DNA of 64,000 bases, from positions 1 to 64,000 of the forward strand of contig DAOORA010000008.1 in NCBI GenBank assembly GCA_035389045.1. The letters run 5' to 3'. The position numbers were made by a program, and so were the translations under genes. Below the pieces are notes generated by a model. That model had not been told where the DNA came from. It saw only the letters and a list, made by a program, of their open reading frames with translations, and made no database searches. Numbering within the stretch: position 1 is the first letter of the stretch; each line of letters starts with the position of its first letter. The stretch comes from Bacteroidales bacterium. Its GTDB lineage: Bacteria; Bacteroidota; Bacteroidia; Bacteroidales; CAIWKO01. This document shows positions 47,801 through 58,306 of this stretch, piece after piece.

Positions 47801-50800
47801 TAGGATCACCACCATAGCTGATGGTTGTGATGACCGGTCCGGCGTCGATTGTCCCGTAACCAAGGAGCGCATTACCGGCAGGCCATGAGGAATCATCATA
47901 CCCGGCATCTTTCCAGTTAACTCCCGGGTCGGTGCCGCTGTCATTATATTTCCAACTGTCGTTGCCCGACAGTGGATTATAGTGAACCGTAAGGTCCATA
48001 TTGAATCCGAGATCTGTATCGGTATTGACATATTGATGAACTTCAACAGCAAGGGTATTCGTACCATTCAGCAGATAATAGGCCGGTATAATGATTTGCT
48101 GGTACGTTTCATCGGCTGCGCTGAGCGCCCATGCCCAATAGTTATTCCAATAGGTATTCAAATTCACCCTTTTTACTTCATGGCCGTTGATATAAAAAAC
48201 AGCGCCGTCATCTATCAGCGCATTGATCTCACAATAGGCTTCATTGCCGGTGAGCGAATAATTAAAGGTTTTTCTGAAATAATAGGTCGGGTACTTATTA
48301 TTTACATCATTGCCATAACTGATGATAGTATTGACCGGTTCTGCATCTATTCCCCCGTAACCGAGCAGGGTGTTACCACTTTGCCATGCAGCATCATCGA
48401 AGCCCACCTCTTTCCAGCTTGTTCCCAGGTCGATGCCGTCAGCGCTGTACTTCCATGTTTCATTTCGTTCGATCACCTTGGTGTGCGTGATAATATTCAT
48501 GTTAAATCCAAGATCCGAACTGGTCAGACTGATTTGGTGCACTTCAACGGCTATGGTGTTGCTTCCGTTGCGGATAAGATAAGCCGGAATAAAAAATTGC
48601 TGATAAGACTCATTACCGTTGGCTGCTGCAAAAGTATTATAGGTAATTGCACCGTCCGGCATATTCAACCTTTTCACTTCCATGCCGTTGATATAAAAAA
48701 CGGCGCCGTCATCAACCAGGGCGTTTATTTCATAATAGATTTCGTTACCGGTAAGTGAAACGTCAACTGTTTTTCTGAAATAATAGGTTATATATTTATT
48801 TGTATCTACGCCTCCATAGCTGATAGTCGTTGCTACCGGTTCTGCATCAATGGTTCCGTAACCCAGCTGTGCAGCACCGGATGACCAGGCAGCATCATTA
48901 TATCCTGGCTCTTTCCAGCTTGTTCCGAGATCGGCGCCGCTATCATTATATTTCCAAACATCATTATTGGTAACAGGATTATAATGCACGGTGATGTCCA
49001 TATTAAATCCCAGATCGCTACTGGTTCCGCTGGTTTGATGCACTTCAACGGCAATGGTGTTACTGCCATTATGAATATAGAACGCAGGAATAATAAACTG
49101 CTGATAATTTTCATTTCCACTGAATGTAGCATAGGTACTAAAGGAAATGATGCCCGCAGGCATGGACAGTCTTTTGACTTCTGCACCGTTGATATAAAAC
49201 ACGGCGCCATCATCTACCACGGCATTGATCTCATAATAAGCTTCATTTCCGTTAACAGCATAATTGAAAGTTTTTCTGAAATACGTAGTAGGATATTTAT
49301 TGTTGGCATCAGGCCCGTAGTTCACAGTGGTTACCACAGGTTCTGCATCGATACCACCATAGCCGAGCATGGCATTACCGCCTGACCAGGACGAATCATC
49401 ATACGCTGAATCTTTCCAGCTTGTTCCAAGGTCGGCGCCGCTGTCGTTATATTTCCATGTACTGTTCCGGTCGACCAGGTTGGAATGAACAATGAGGTTC
49501 ATTTCGAAGCCAAGATCGCTGCTTGTGGTATCACATTGATGAACTTCGACAGCAATGGTATTGTTTCCGTTTTTAATATAGCTTTTCGGAATGATGAACT
49601 GCTGAAACGATTCGTTTGCGTAAGTTGATGCCAGCGTGCTGTAATTGATGGTACCTGCCGGCATATTCACCCGTTGGACTTCGATTCCGTTAATATAAAA
49701 GACAGCCCCGTCGTCGATCACCGTATTGATCTCATAATACGATTCCGATCCGGTAAGTGCATAGGTAAAATTCTTTCTGAAATAATAGGTGACGTATTTA
49801 TTGGTGGGATCAACGCCATAACTGATGGTGGTCGTTACCGGTTCCGCATCGATGGTGCCATATCCCAGCAAGGCATTTCCACTGAGCCAGGCCGAATCAT
49901 TGTAGCCAGGTTCTTTCCAGCCGGTTCCTAAGTCGGTGCCGCTGTCGTTATATTTCCACAGCTCACCCGTGCTGATGATATGCTGTGGCGGGGAGATACA
50001 ATTGTTTAAATTAACAATAGCATAATTGGTAGCTGTGCCGCCGTATGCATCCGTCACTGTAACGGTATAGATGGTGCTTGTTGCCGGGTTGGCCAGCGGG
50101 CGGGCAGCTGTTGTTGAATTCAATCCGGTGGCCGGCGACCAGGAATAGGAATAAGGTCCGATACCGCCAACGACATTATTGTTGAGGTACATACTCCAGC
50201 CGGGACACAGGTTCAAGGTCTGAGGGCCGTTGGCTTGCAATGATGAGATGAATATTGGTGAAGATATTGCCTGACCTGAATTTGCGGAGGAGTCGGCCTG
50301 TAACACTTTCACATAGTAATATTCGCTTGGAGCCACGGTGATGCTGTCGGTAATATTAAAATTATTTGAATTGGGTGTCCAGACTTTAACTCGATTGTGA
50401 TTTTTATCATAAAGAACAACTTTTGTAAAACTCTCACCTCCGCCATCATTAGCTTGTATCTGGAGTGAATAGGTCCCTCCTGTCATGGCCGAACCCATTT
50501 CCTGGCCATTGATTTTAAACGATAATCGTATGTCGGACTCCAGGGTGCTGTAAAATCTTCTGGCTTTCATGGCCGCCAGCAGATCGGCACGTGTCAGGCT
50601 ATTTGCCAGTATAGCCATGCGATGATCATTTTTTGTCCCCCAGGTAGCCGAATGATCATCCCCTGCTCCTGAAGCCCCCAGGATCCATCCCTTGCCCAGT
50701 GCTTCATCAAAATCCCCTTTTCCGTCACCAGCGACATAGCCGTCATTTTCATAATGCACATTGTACCCATCATTGGAATTCCACAATTCCATACCAACAA

Positions 50801-51338
50801 TCTTCTCTGAGGGCGAGGCGGTTGAATTATAGCTGTACTGCCCGTGATTAGCGTATTTGTCAGGATGATTAAAGAAAGCCACCACATTGCTTCTGGCCGT
50901 CAACCAACTGAGCAGATCATTAAAAGAGGATGTAACCTGATTGGTCGTTAAGTCATCAGAATTAATAACAGCAATATGGCCGATACCAATCGACGATGAC
51001 CATTCAAATCCATAAAAAGCTGTAAAAACGCCATCTTCATTATACACATTTGCCTGGGCTTTGATATCATCATATTCCGCAACAGTCGTTTCCGTATAAT
51101 AGGGAATATAATCATGGTCGGCCAGGCTGAAAAAATCGAGCCCTGCGGTGTCTTTTGCATAACTGTATGCCTGTGCAGGGGTTCCCTGTCCATCAGAATA
51201 TGATGTGTGATTATGCAGATCTCCGTAATAGACATTATATCCGCCTATGGATGGATGCTGTGCATAAACTTCGGCACACAGCAGGCTAAAAATTAAAATA
51301 ACAATAGTGATTTTTAATTGAGTCGCAAATGTTTTCAT
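41835..51338 (-). CDS. 3167-aa T9SS cargo: PHP metallohydrolase + six tandem beta-sandwich repeats + purple-acid-phosphatase-like metallophosphoesterase + CDS repeats + LamG + dockerin/cohesin-like + CTD
   Basis: Signal peptide; [17 protein letters not shown] (PHP); GDSR, GDMVD, GNHD, FHRP, GHTH (calcineurin-like); [18 protein letters not shown] (LamG); [34 protein letters not shown]. Confidence 0.88.
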   Translation of the reverse strand: MKTFATQLKITIVILIFSLLCAEVYAQHPSIGGYNVYYGDLHNHTSYSDGQGTPAQAYSYAKDTAGLDFFSLADHDYIPYYTETTVAEYDDIKAQANVYNEDGVFTAFYGFEWSSSIGIGHIAVINSDDLTTNQVTSSFNDLLSWLTARSNVVAFFNHPDKYANHGQYSYNSTASPSEKIVGMELWNSNDGYNVHYENDGYVAGDGKGDFDEALGKGWILGASGAGDDHSATWGTKNDHRMAILANSLTRADLLAAMKARRFYSTLESDIRLSFKINGQEMGSAMTGGTYSLQIQANDGGGESFTKVVLYDKNHNRVKVWTPNSNNFNITDSITVAPSEYYYVKVLQADSSANSGQAISSPIFISSLQANGPQTLNLCPGWSMYLNNNVVGGIGPYSYSWSPATGLNSTTAARPLANPATSTIYTVTVTDAYGGTATNYAIVNLNNCISPPQHIISTGELWKYNDSGTDLGTGWKEPGYNDSAWLSGNALLGYGTIDAEPVTTTISYGVDPTNKYVTYYFRKNFTYALTGSESYYEINTVIDDGAVFYINGIEVQRVNMPAGTINYSTLASTYANESFQQFIIPKSYIKNGNNTIAVEVHQCDTTSSDLGFEMNLIVHSNLVDRNSTWKYNDSGADLGTSWKDSAYDDSSWSGGNAMLGYGGIDAEPVVTTVNYGPDANNKYPTTYFRKTFNYAVNGNEAYYEINAVVDDGAVFYINGAEVKRLSMPAGIISFSTYATFSGNENYQQFIIPAFYIHNGSNTIAVEVHQTSGTSSDLGFNMDITVHYNPVTNNDVWKYNDSGADLGTSWKEPGYNDAAWSSGAAQLGYGTIDAEPVATTISYGGVDTNKYITYYFRKTVDVSLTGNEIYYEINALVDDGAVFYINGMEVKRLNMPDGAITYNTFAAANGNESYQQFFIPAYLIRNGSNTIAVEVHQISLTSSDLGFNMNIITHTKVIERNETWKYSADGIDLGTSWKEVGFDDAAWQSGNTLLGYGGIDAEPVNTIISYGNDVNNKYPTYYFRKTFNYSLTGNEAYCEINALIDDGAVFYINGHEVKRVNLNTYWNNYWAWALSAADETYQQIIIPAYYLLNGTNTLAVEVHQYVNTDTDLGFNMDLTVHYNPLSGNDSWKYNDSGTDPGVNWKDAGYDDSSWPAGNALLGYGTIDAGPVITTISYGGDPNNKYPTYYFRKTINCSVTGNETYYEINTLIDDGAVFYINGVEVQRVNMPAGTITHSTLAITYAGETYQQFNIPASYIQNGLNTIAVEVHQNSVSSSDLGFDMNLIPHVNPVDLNSTWKYNDTGTDLGTDWKEAGYNDSTWAMGNALLGYGTIDAEPVITTVSYGGVDTNRYPTCYFRKTFGYMTTGTENYFIIRALVDDGAVFYINGTEVQRVNMPSGTITYSTLAPTYADEANYQQLIIPANYVQNGMNTIAVEVHQTSATSSDLGFNMELIPQTASTISQIHFGTTNLPLDGATITWRGPGTSDSLRWGYDTLYMEGTYAGVMRSNYVQSLFDYSFPVLLKDTVIHYTIWDSFMQKWTDDNVYYTAKGSDAEHFTFTAMGDSRTNWDDWNSISEAVRPSDFVLFLGDMVDVGGTTSSWDTWFDHGEKFFKNNMVYYTLGNHDLVNDPDAVNFTNLMVQPPAPGDELYYSFVVGNSLFIGLNSEDASDSLQYNWLLNTLESNKDKKWKFVFFHRPFYTSPSHAGEMDYLFPTWWKAFDDYGVDVIFNGHTHNYQRTVPINRNISDTSGVASYGHCPLNGRCQIVSGAAGAPMYGPGYGWFMAKSASIMHYVNIEVAGDSLVIKTFDYNNVMIDSLMIFNTLNLNITATATGICYDDSVTLTGSGAETYSWDQGVSNGIPFAPWQTELYTLIASNADQCSDTASITVTVHPTFALTEDHAICSGDSIIWHGNVYNSPGTYTVSYQTAFGCDSIYTMNLAVDPSYLFTENQNICSGQSYTWHGNIYNTAGTYTDNYQTACGNDSIYTLNLTVDAAFSFTQYDTICASEIYFWQGGIYNASGTYSANYLTMCGTDSIYTLNLFVKTAPSDRSVYASSNNVCFNNSANIYLLNSENLVSYQLLKNGMISGSPQAGNGDTLTFNTGPMTEAAQFSIHAAYVTTWCERLFDTLYITIDNASYTFNEIDTICEGGVYIWQGDTYTAAGVYTKNYQSICGNDSIYTLNLYVKPKPADLSSRDGLVAFYPFNNNASDESGHGIDGTVFGADPVADRYLNVNSAFSFDGYGDYIYFADTVPALLQIQNEITLSAWIYVTSYPSYGDLGLIVGSQHDGYGGSGASLFLDGRTNPDGQTAQPGHIHFQIGDGSWHVSNAKTPVPLNQWVHIVATRKANEDARIYYNGVSQPISSVAWSGNVSYTGTYFAIGRQGDYTNRFFSGNIDDVRVFDRKISESEVRSLYYDMFVHASADTVCYNDSANIYLGNPETGIIYQLQKNGTDIGITQAGAGDTLTFNTGLMTAASMFTIKATDPVTLCSIILDTLITVNVKPLLTFYRDYDEDGYGDPENSIQACNLFPGYVADNLDCNDSVAAIHPGAEEVCNGLDDDCDNIVDEGLPVYTFEEYYQICAGETYLWQGTLYADSGTYTAAYYTALGCDSVYTLHLTVNPVYTFTENHSICDGETFTWHGNNYTDAGTYTANYQTTHDCDSVYTLHLTVNPVYAFTENHSIYSGQTYTWHGNDYTAAGIYTAEYQTISGCDSIYTLNLTVAGHLIYGKTRYAAKANTGNPAPNPPAYNSAIYNIDGVIVILKTTGGAEVARDTSDAYGNYQISGIMDGSYMLSYDKYTADSMQWGDGANAIDVTMVKYYIGVDTLMDPSRNFYPKYRKAANADNNTAINSIDISRIKAKIGSPYLVSKNFPKGNWVALDTGITVAGADLNLDLKTICYGDFNASSTKYRDSLNNWNGAKSLPSGIIEHSGEYLTTNDPAYFEIPLRINTKINDLSAIGLEIAYPVAGYRLVNVSMPVSAEKNAQVKINPSLEEIIADDNDLLVTDENGIIRIVYATNQHFDVDANTELIRLGFRAASDMEQGEVKFELSGTGVIGNRYGEEIDDVYLLMPRIWMQGNEQDGGFEFAGYPNPFNGEATLTYNLPENGTVKLKVYNAIGELVEEILNETQSSGKHSVLFSSKDLPAGMYSFTLEFSGSDKSKCMILKMIH
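46985..49975 (-). repeat. Six tandem ~500-bp intragenic domain repeats
   Basis: Unit WKYNDSG.DLG..W...YFRK...[10 protein letters not shown]...IAVEVHQ...SDLGF occurs six times; boundaries approximate. Confidence 0.9.
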
Positions 51339-51637
51339 AGGATATGATTTGATTTTTTATATACAAAACAGGAAAAAAATAATATATTAATTATACTGCA
51401 AAAATACAAATATTAATTTGAATTTTCAATATTTTGCGGTACAACTCCCGGATTTTTTTACATATCATGCGGAAAGCAAAGAAACGGTCTGATACAAACC
51501 ATCCCTGCTATGTATTATATCTACCCCGCTATTATATGTAAGAACAGGAGCATTGTCTATACCCACCTGAAATTATCGGGTGAACTATGAAATGGCAATA
51601 ACCGATATCGTCATACAATTAATTGCGGCCGTATCTT

Positions 51638-54600
51638 TTATTTCTCCACGGTTGCATTATCGTTGTAAGGCACCACTTCCACCCACTGTCCTTTGGTGCG
51701 GGCATAAACAGCGTCGTCGTACATGGCAGCACAATTGACCGCCGGCAGATAAAAACGTCCGAGATAACTGGCGTTCAGCAGAACCTTGTATGTTTTCTTT
51801 TCATTGCCGCCGATACTGAAAAAAGTATACACCCGGTCGTCGCGAAAATCCTGATAATCATAAGACGACATTTCAACACGGCCATAGGAATCATCCATGC
51901 GGGTATTATGTATCTCCCATCCCGACGGGAAGATATGTGACAAAGCCATATTATAATAATATCCCATCAGCCCGGGGTTTGCAATACTCACCTCAGCCAT
52001 AAAATCTGTTCCCTGTTCGAGTTTCGACGGGTCTATTTTATCACCGCTGAGCGATTTGTACATCAATTCTATTTTTAGGTTGTTGTCGCCGGCATTTTCC
52101 TCACCGGCAGCAGGAACGCCAGACAATATCACCCTTGCATATAAAATTCCCTTTCCATTATTTTTGATTTTCAATTTGCCTTTTTGTGTCGCATTTTTTA
52201 AATTCATATCTATGGTAACCAGAGATTTGCCCGATTTTTTTGTCACTGGTGAACTATTATTGAGGGTATAGGTAAAATCTATCCCGCTGCTACTGTTGTT
52301 ACCAGCATATTTTGAGATGGCCAACAGACAAAAGGCGGTAGTTTGTGTACTCATCCAGAGTTCTTTGCTCAGGTGTTCCGAAATCTGCTTAACGATGGGC
52401 GCAGCTTTATTACGCATATCCATCAGTGAAAGTGCTTCCACGATCATGGCCCGGTCGCGGTCATCAGAGCCATATGTAAACGCCATTTCTTTGTAGGTTT
52501 TTATGGTGGTCGAGGCATTTGCCGCAAGCTGCCGTGCCACCGAAGGATGTCCGGCAAGCTGGTAAGCGGCAGCCAACCTCCATTTGGCCTGTACCGAAAG
52601 GTTTTTTTGTTCCTTCAGCAGGTTCATGGCTCCCATTTCAGGAGTTTTGGACAGGGCAAGGGTATAAAGACGATATGCCTGAACAAGATCGGAATTATAA
52701 TAATATTTCTGATATTCTGTTGTCCAGTTTAAAGACATGCGTTTCTGATATTTTTCCCATTTTTTCAGGACGGCGGAAGACACCGTATATCCCTTGTCTT
52801 TGGCTTCAAGCAGGAACTGTCCGGCATAACAGCTGGCCCACTGGTCGGCTTCGTAACCACCCGGCCAATATGAGAAACCTCCTGAGGGTGACTGAAACGA
52901 ACAAATCCTGCTGATGCCTGCTTTGATGTTGCGTTCGGTATTTTTCTTCGTGTTATCGTCTAAGTCGATAAGATCGGAAAGGTATAACTGCGGGAATACC
53001 GATGAAGTAGTCTGTTCTATACATCCGTATGGATATTGTACCAGGAATTTCAGTCTTCGTTCAAGATTTACAGGCGGTATGGACGAAACCTCTATCGTGC
53101 CTTTATTGGTTCCTGCGACGCCCACGGGCTTAAACGATGTATTCCATGATTGTCCTGATTTCATGACATCGGAAATGACGTCGGTAACTTCGGGATTAGG
53201 ATTGCGGACATCAATTTCGATTTCGTAAACAGCTGATTCTTTTCCGCTTGAGGCCATTACGGTAACTTTTCCGATACCAACAGCATCTTTTGCCTTTAGC
53301 TGAAAATTCACCAGGTCGTCGCCTATTTCATTAAAAGTAATGTTTTTTGAGCTGTTGTCGTCTATGGAGAACATACCATTGGTGGTGACCCTGACATTTA
53401 CATTTCTGATGTATTTTTCCATAGCAAAGACGCTCACCGGAAGCGTAACTGTTTCACCCGGACCCACTACCCTCGGCAGGGTGGCTAAAAGCATCAGCGG
53501 CTTGCGCACCGCTACGGTCTTTTCTGCATTGCCGTATGCGCCGTCCTGACCGGCGATCACCATTACCCTCACCGAACCCACATAGCGGGGCATTTTGAAG
53601 TTATACGCATGCGAAGCGCCTTTTTTCAGTGCAAACGGGCCAAAGAACCTGACCATAGGTTTAAACCGGTTGGCCCGCTTGGCTCCGTTTCCTGCATCGC
53701 CGTCATCGCCGCCTCCGATGCTCAGGATACGTTCGAGCTGTCCACCATAAGCGCCCATGACATAATCGTAGAGGTCCCATGTTTTAATACCCAGCGCTTC
53801 CCGTGCATAAAAATAATTCCACGGGTCAGGAGTTTTAAATCGGGTAAGGTCAAGTAAGCCTTCGTCCACCATGGCCACGGTATAGGTCATGGCTTTTCCG
53901 TTTTCCTCTTTAACCGTGATGGAAGCATTTTCCTCAGGACGCAGGACATCAGCCATTTGTATCACCGGCCTGAGATGGGTGCCGGGGTCTTCCACCATTA
54001 TGGGTATTACGCCATAAAGCCTAATGGGCAGGTCGTTGGCTGTCTGGCTGTGCGGCTGGATCAACGTGACACTGACATAAATGTTAGGCGCCATCTCTCC
54101 GGCAACCTTAAATTTAAATATGGTCTGGTCTTTTTCAGTGTCTATCCAGTAAGACTGCAGCACCTGGTTACCGGTTTCCAGCGTAATCAGTGCACGTGCA
54201 CCTGCACTCGAAGGAATAGTGAGTTTAACCTCATCGCCAACCTGGTATTTTTCTTTGTCGGCAGAAAAAATCAGCATGGCAGCGCCTTCTTTTCCTTCAC
54301 GGGAGCGGCTTGCCCAGTCGGGCCAGTCGAAGTACACTGTTTTTCCCGTTGTATGGCCGCTTTCCGTATCGGTGAGCCTGATAAAGTATCTTCCCCAGTC
54401 TGCATCAGGGATATTAAGTACAAAACTTCCCCTGCCATTAACGGCAGAAACATCAAGGGACTTATAGGGCTCATTGTCTGTACCGCGCACAAAATCAGCC
54501 AGTTCATCGCCTGAATTATCCCACCACCAGCGCCAGTTCACTTTATAAATATCGACTTTTATTTTGGATGAAGGGATTAAAGCTCCGGTAATATCCACAT

Positions 54601-57238
54601 TCACAAGGTTAACGGTATAATTTTTCCGAGTCTGAAGCATACCCGAATACCGGCTTCCTTCGGGGACACTGATACCCACATATGTTTTATAGGGATAGTA
54701 GAACAAAGAAAACTGATCAACGCTGAATTCCCCGCCCTGTTCAAAAACCCTTGTTTCAAAGTTAGCTTTCAGCACGCCGGGTGCGGAACCTGTGATGGCA
54801 ATATCCGGGAAAACATCTGCTTTACCTTCATCGTTGAGTGTTCCGCTGAAAACTTTGAATGTTTCCGAATAAAAGCGTTTTGACGGATCATCAAAAATAT
54901 AATTCGAGAATTTGGGGAATGCGGTAGTTGATCTGTTCAGCACCACATTGATATCAGCTTTGAGGTTGCGTGCAATAGCGCCGTGAAGCCATTTCGCTTC
55001 GAGAATCCCTTTTGATTCGCTGTTGATCTTTTCTGAGCCAAAGTCGAGTTTTATTTTCAGCCGGTTCGGCTTAATGGTTTCAATTTTTAATGATTTTGAA
55101 AATGCTGTTCCCCCAACGGACACCGTTGCCGTCCAATAACCTGTCAGCGCACCGGGGTCGGTAGCCGTATGAAAATCATAAAATCCATTCACCGATTTTG
55201 TTTTAACTATATGCTGTACTTTTTGTCCGCGGGGATTAGAAAGGTCGAACACAACAGGGGTTTCGGGCGATAGCTTGTGAAGCTTATCTTCCAGTATGAA
55301 AGTCAGGAAAATTGAATCACCGGGGCGCCATACGCCGCGTTCTCCATAAAAGAAACCTTTTAATCCTTTGCGGACATTCTCTCCATTCACATCAAACATG
55401 CTCAGCGACAATGCTGATCCACCTGTAAGTTTGAGGTATGCTTTTTGATTTCCTTTGCTTGCAATAATAAGAAACGGAACTTTTTTCAGTTGTACCACGG
55501 CTTTTCCGTCGCTATTGGTCTGGACTTTGTGAAGTTCCTTGTTCTGGTAATCTTTAATACTGATGGAAACTTCAGCCAGGGGTTTGGCCGATACCAGGTC
55601 GGTGGTAAAAATAGTCAGCTGGCCCGTATTGCCCACTTTAGCAATGATGCCGATATCCGTAGCCAGGACATTACGGCTCACCGTTTTGCTGCTGTAATAC
55701 GATTCTTCGCAGGGATTATCCCGTTCATACCAGTCATAATAATAGTATTCATAATCTTCATAATAATAATAGCCGTCATAATCATAGTAGTACCAGTCTT
55801 CAGGCTCTGTTTCCCCCGTTTCATCCCAGGATGCAGACATGTTGTCTTCCTGGTCTGATGCCTCTCCCGTACAACCGGTATAGGTAGAATATGATTTTTT
55901 TATACTCAGTGTGACTTTATATATTGCGCCCTGTTCAGCTTTTATCAGTTCGGCCAGGTCGAGATAATATCGGTTCCATTTACCATAATTGAGCACGGAA
56001 GAATTAGCCGACTGCAGGGGCATTGACTTTTTCAGTATCAGCTTGCCGACACGGCTGAGTTCCCGTTCGCCTTCCAGATCATTGACCTGTAGAAATTGTG
56101 AAACATTGTTTTCATAAATTTTAAATATCTTGATGTCCACCGTGTTAACGTTTACGGCTTCGAAGGGCAAGATCAGCCCGTTGGTGCCCGGCAGTATGGT
56201 TCCCTGTCCTATCAGGCGGATGTTTGGTTTTATATCGTCGAAAGCCACCGTATCGGTCGTCATTTTTCCAAGCTCTTTATTTTTATTGTTTTTCACGGTG
56301 TTGCCGATGGTGAGCCTGTCGTTGCCTGCATTTTCGACGGGAGGATATATCCTGATGGTGTTGTCTTCAATAATAAATTTCAGGTCTTTGATTTTTTCCA
56401 TGGTAATAATGCCGTTCAGGTCCTGATCTTCGAGTAGCGGATCGGAAAATTGAAGTTTAATGTATTGTTCGGGGTTCTGAACGACTTGTATGGACAGCAG
56501 TTTAAAATCGTTAACAGATGGGATGGCCACCGTTACAGAACCTTTAGTTTCTGATCCTATTGGTTTTCCGTTCCATCTGATATCCACCAGCGATTCTTTG
56601 TCTCCGCGTTTTACGCTGTCGATGATATAGGTGAAGGTTTTTTTATCGCCTCCGGGAAAAACATTAATTTTTAGTTTCCGGTCGCCCTGGCTGGCCTCCA
56701 GCAATTGCTGAACATCTTCAGTTTGAGCAATGTCAGCCGCAATCAGCGATCCTGAAATTTTTTCCCATCCGGGATCATTTGTATTATAAGCCTTATGATT
56801 TTCAACATTCACTTCAAACACCTGCTTTACCGTATGAAACTGGAACACGAATATTTTCATGCTGTCCGGAACACTGATCAGTTTGTACAGGTAAAATTTC
56901 ACCGTATAGAGCTTGTCCGCCGGCAGTTTTTTATCGGGGCGGAATTCAACAGTTCTTGTATCGGTCCAGAAAGCCTTTCCGCCAATACCCGGAGAGAACT
57001 CAAATAATTCGTCTTTAACCTGTTGCTCAAACATGGAAGAATCTACAAGGTCCATATTCATTCTTACTTTTATGGCTGATTCTGTTGATATCACCCCCGA
57101 AGTAAAAGCGGCAACATATTCCCTGAACGCAGGATTAACTTTTATGATCGTCTGTGATTTTGATTTTGAAATCAGGAAAATTACCAGTATTACAAAAATA
57201 CCAATGACTGCAAACAGCAGGATTTTTTTCTTATCCAT
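51638..57238 (-). CDS. Bacterial alpha-2-macroglobulin (YfhM-like)
   Basis: ERGVWRPGD, VDEGLLDLT, thioester PYGCIEQ, DFRDDRV, AMYD; N-terminal membrane anchor; start MDKKK at 57238. Confidence 0.93.
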   Translation of the reverse strand: MDKKKILLFAVIGIFVILVIFLISKSKSQTIIKVNPAFREYVAAFTSGVISTESAIKVRMNMDLVDSSMFEQQVKDELFEFSPGIGGKAFWTDTRTVEFRPDKKLPADKLYTVKFYLYKLISVPDSMKIFVFQFHTVKQVFEVNVENHKAYNTNDPGWEKISGSLIAADIAQTEDVQQLLEASQGDRKLKINVFPGGDKKTFTYIIDSVKRGDKESLVDIRWNGKPIGSETKGSVTVAIPSVNDFKLLSIQVVQNPEQYIKLQFSDPLLEDQDLNGIITMEKIKDLKFIIEDNTIRIYPPVENAGNDRLTIGNTVKNNKNKELGKMTTDTVAFDDIKPNIRLIGQGTILPGTNGLILPFEAVNVNTVDIKIFKIYENNVSQFLQVNDLEGERELSRVGKLILKKSMPLQSANSSVLNYGKWNRYYLDLAELIKAEQGAIYKVTLSIKKSYSTYTGCTGEASDQEDNMSASWDETGETEPEDWYYYDYDGYYYYEDYEYYYYDWYERDNPCEESYYSSKTVSRNVLATDIGIIAKVGNTGQLTIFTTDLVSAKPLAEVSISIKDYQNKELHKVQTNSDGKAVVQLKKVPFLIIASKGNQKAYLKLTGGSALSLSMFDVNGENVRKGLKGFFYGERGVWRPGDSIFLTFILEDKLHKLSPETPVVFDLSNPRGQKVQHIVKTKSVNGFYDFHTATDPGALTGYWTATVSVGGTAFSKSLKIETIKPNRLKIKLDFGSEKINSESKGILEAKWLHGAIARNLKADINVVLNRSTTAFPKFSNYIFDDPSKRFYSETFKVFSGTLNDEGKADVFPDIAITGSAPGVLKANFETRVFEQGGEFSVDQFSLFYYPYKTYVGISVPEGSRYSGMLQTRKNYTVNLVNVDITGALIPSSKIKVDIYKVNWRWWWDNSGDELADFVRGTDNEPYKSLDVSAVNGRGSFVLNIPDADWGRYFIRLTDTESGHTTGKTVYFDWPDWASRSREGKEGAAMLIFSADKEKYQVGDEVKLTIPSSAGARALITLETGNQVLQSYWIDTEKDQTIFKFKVAGEMAPNIYVSVTLIQPHSQTANDLPIRLYGVIPIMVEDPGTHLRPVIQMADVLRPEENASITVKEENGKAMTYTVAMVDEGLLDLTRFKTPDPWNYFYAREALGIKTWDLYDYVMGAYGGQLERILSIGGGDDGDAGNGAKRANRFKPMVRFFGPFALKKGASHAYNFKMPRYVGSVRVMVIAGQDGAYGNAEKTVAVRKPLMLLATLPRVVGPGETVTLPVSVFAMEKYIRNVNVRVTTNGMFSIDDNSSKNITFNEIGDDLVNFQLKAKDAVGIGKVTVMASSGKESAVYEIEIDVRNPNPEVTDVISDVMKSGQSWNTSFKPVGVAGTNKGTIEVSSIPPVNLERRLKFLVQYPYGCIEQTTSSVFPQLYLSDLIDLDDNTKKNTERNIKAGISRICSFQSPSGGFSYWPGGYEADQWASCYAGQFLLEAKDKGYTVSSAVLKKWEKYQKRMSLNWTTEYQKYYYNSDLVQAYRLYTLALSKTPEMGAMNLLKEQKNLSVQAKWRLAAAYQLAGHPSVARQLAANASTTIKTYKEMAFTYGSDDRDRAMIVEALSLMDMRNKAAPIVKQISEHLSKELWMSTQTTAFCLLAISKYAGNNSSSGIDFTYTLNNSSPVTKKSGKSLVTIDMNLKNATQKGKLKIKNNGKGILYARVILSGVPAAGEENAGDNNLKIELMYKSLSGDKIDPSKLEQGTDFMAEVSIANPGLMGYYYNMALSHIFPSGWEIHNTRMDDSYGRVEMSSYDYQDFRDDRVYTFFSIGGNEKKTYKVLLNASYLGRFYLPAVNCAAMYDDAVYARTKGQWVEVVPYNDNATVEK

Positions 57239-57343
57239 GATGTAAAATTTTATAATGTGAAATAACAAATTTATTTATGTAAAATTAAGAATAAAAAACT
57301 TCTATTATCAAGAAACTGGTTAAATCTTTTTTTGAGGTGCTTA

Positions 57344-57502
57344 GAAACTGTTTTGATTTTATCTTTTCATATCTTTATGCGTCTTTTTTGCTGCAACTTC
57401 GTTAGATTTTTCGACATAGGATAAACTATGTCTGCAAAATCTGCCTCGTTTCGCTAAAAAATCCATCATAAATCTTATGTAACATAAAATCAAAACAGTT
57501 TC
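57344..57502. mobile_element. 159-bp MITE, copy 2 (inverted)
   Basis: Perfect 19-bp TIRs, TTA on both flanks; 5 substitutions versus copy 1 by manual alignment. Confidence 0.9.
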
Positions 57503-57986
57503 TTAAACTGATCCACGTTTGTCAATAAAATAATTGCTTTGCGTAAGTTTAGGTGATGATTTTACTTGTTTGTTTTTCTAACCTGGCTGATATTTTTCAG
57601 GCACACCACTGTCTGACTATCAGCAAAATGGCAGGCAAAGCACGATATGCAGTGCATGTATGCTTCGATCCGCCACGGCGTACCCTGCTGACATGGACAA
57701 TCCGGAATTTTTCTTTGGTATTATTTTTTTACGGCACAAATGACCGTAGCAAAGCGCCGCAACATTTGTAAAAAAAATACAATAAAAAGCAAGTTACAGC
57801 GTACCGTATTATTATAATCCTGAATACACCCCACCTGTATGGTTGATGGATACATTTTGTTATACATCCATATAGACAGGCATTTATCCCCGGCATTCAT
57901 AAACATAACAGGCATAAAATGTTTACCATGAATACCATGACCGAACATTTTCCATTTTGCGAAATACTGGCAATATTTTCAACATT

Positions 57987-58025
57987 AAAAAAGGACAATT
58001 CTGTGAAAAAACAAAATTGTCCTTT
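57987..58025 (-). terminator. Terminator after tRNA-Lys
   Basis: AAAGGACAATT / AATTGTCCTTT plus T-run on the minus strand. Confidence 0.75.
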
Positions 58026-58029
58026 AAGG

Positions 58030-58102
58030 TCTCCTCGCGGGGACTCGAACCCCGGACCCATTGATTAAGAGTCAATTGCTCTACCAGCTGAGCTACGAAG
58101 AG
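58030..58102 (-). tRNA. tRNA-Lys(CTT)
   Basis: Minus strand CTCTTCGTAGCTCAGCTGGTAGAGCAATTGACTCTTAATCAATGGGTCCGGGGTTCGAGTCCCCGCGAGGAGA; CTT anticodon. Confidence 0.95.
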
Positions 58103-58306
58103 AATTTGGCTGCAAAAATATAAAAAAATATTGAATGGTGTGAAAAAATTCAAAACTTAGACGATGCTTGTCAATACAAGCAGGTTTTTATCTCAAATTT
58201 TTTTCAACACACCTGATATTTTTAAAAAGATATACATTCGATAAATTCTTTTTATTAGAAAATATTTATTAAGTTTGACGCCGGATAAAAAACAAAAAAA
58301 ACAGAC

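Noticed and set aside
46985..49975. DGR template/variable repeats or an assembly duplication
   Set aside because: The units are in-frame coding domains diverged at many positions including synonymous ones; no adenine-specific pattern noticed and no reverse transcriptase in the window
57553..58153. ORFs 57553..57771, 57721..57948 and 57923..58153
   Set aside because: Short with no motifs; the last one reads through tRNA-Lys
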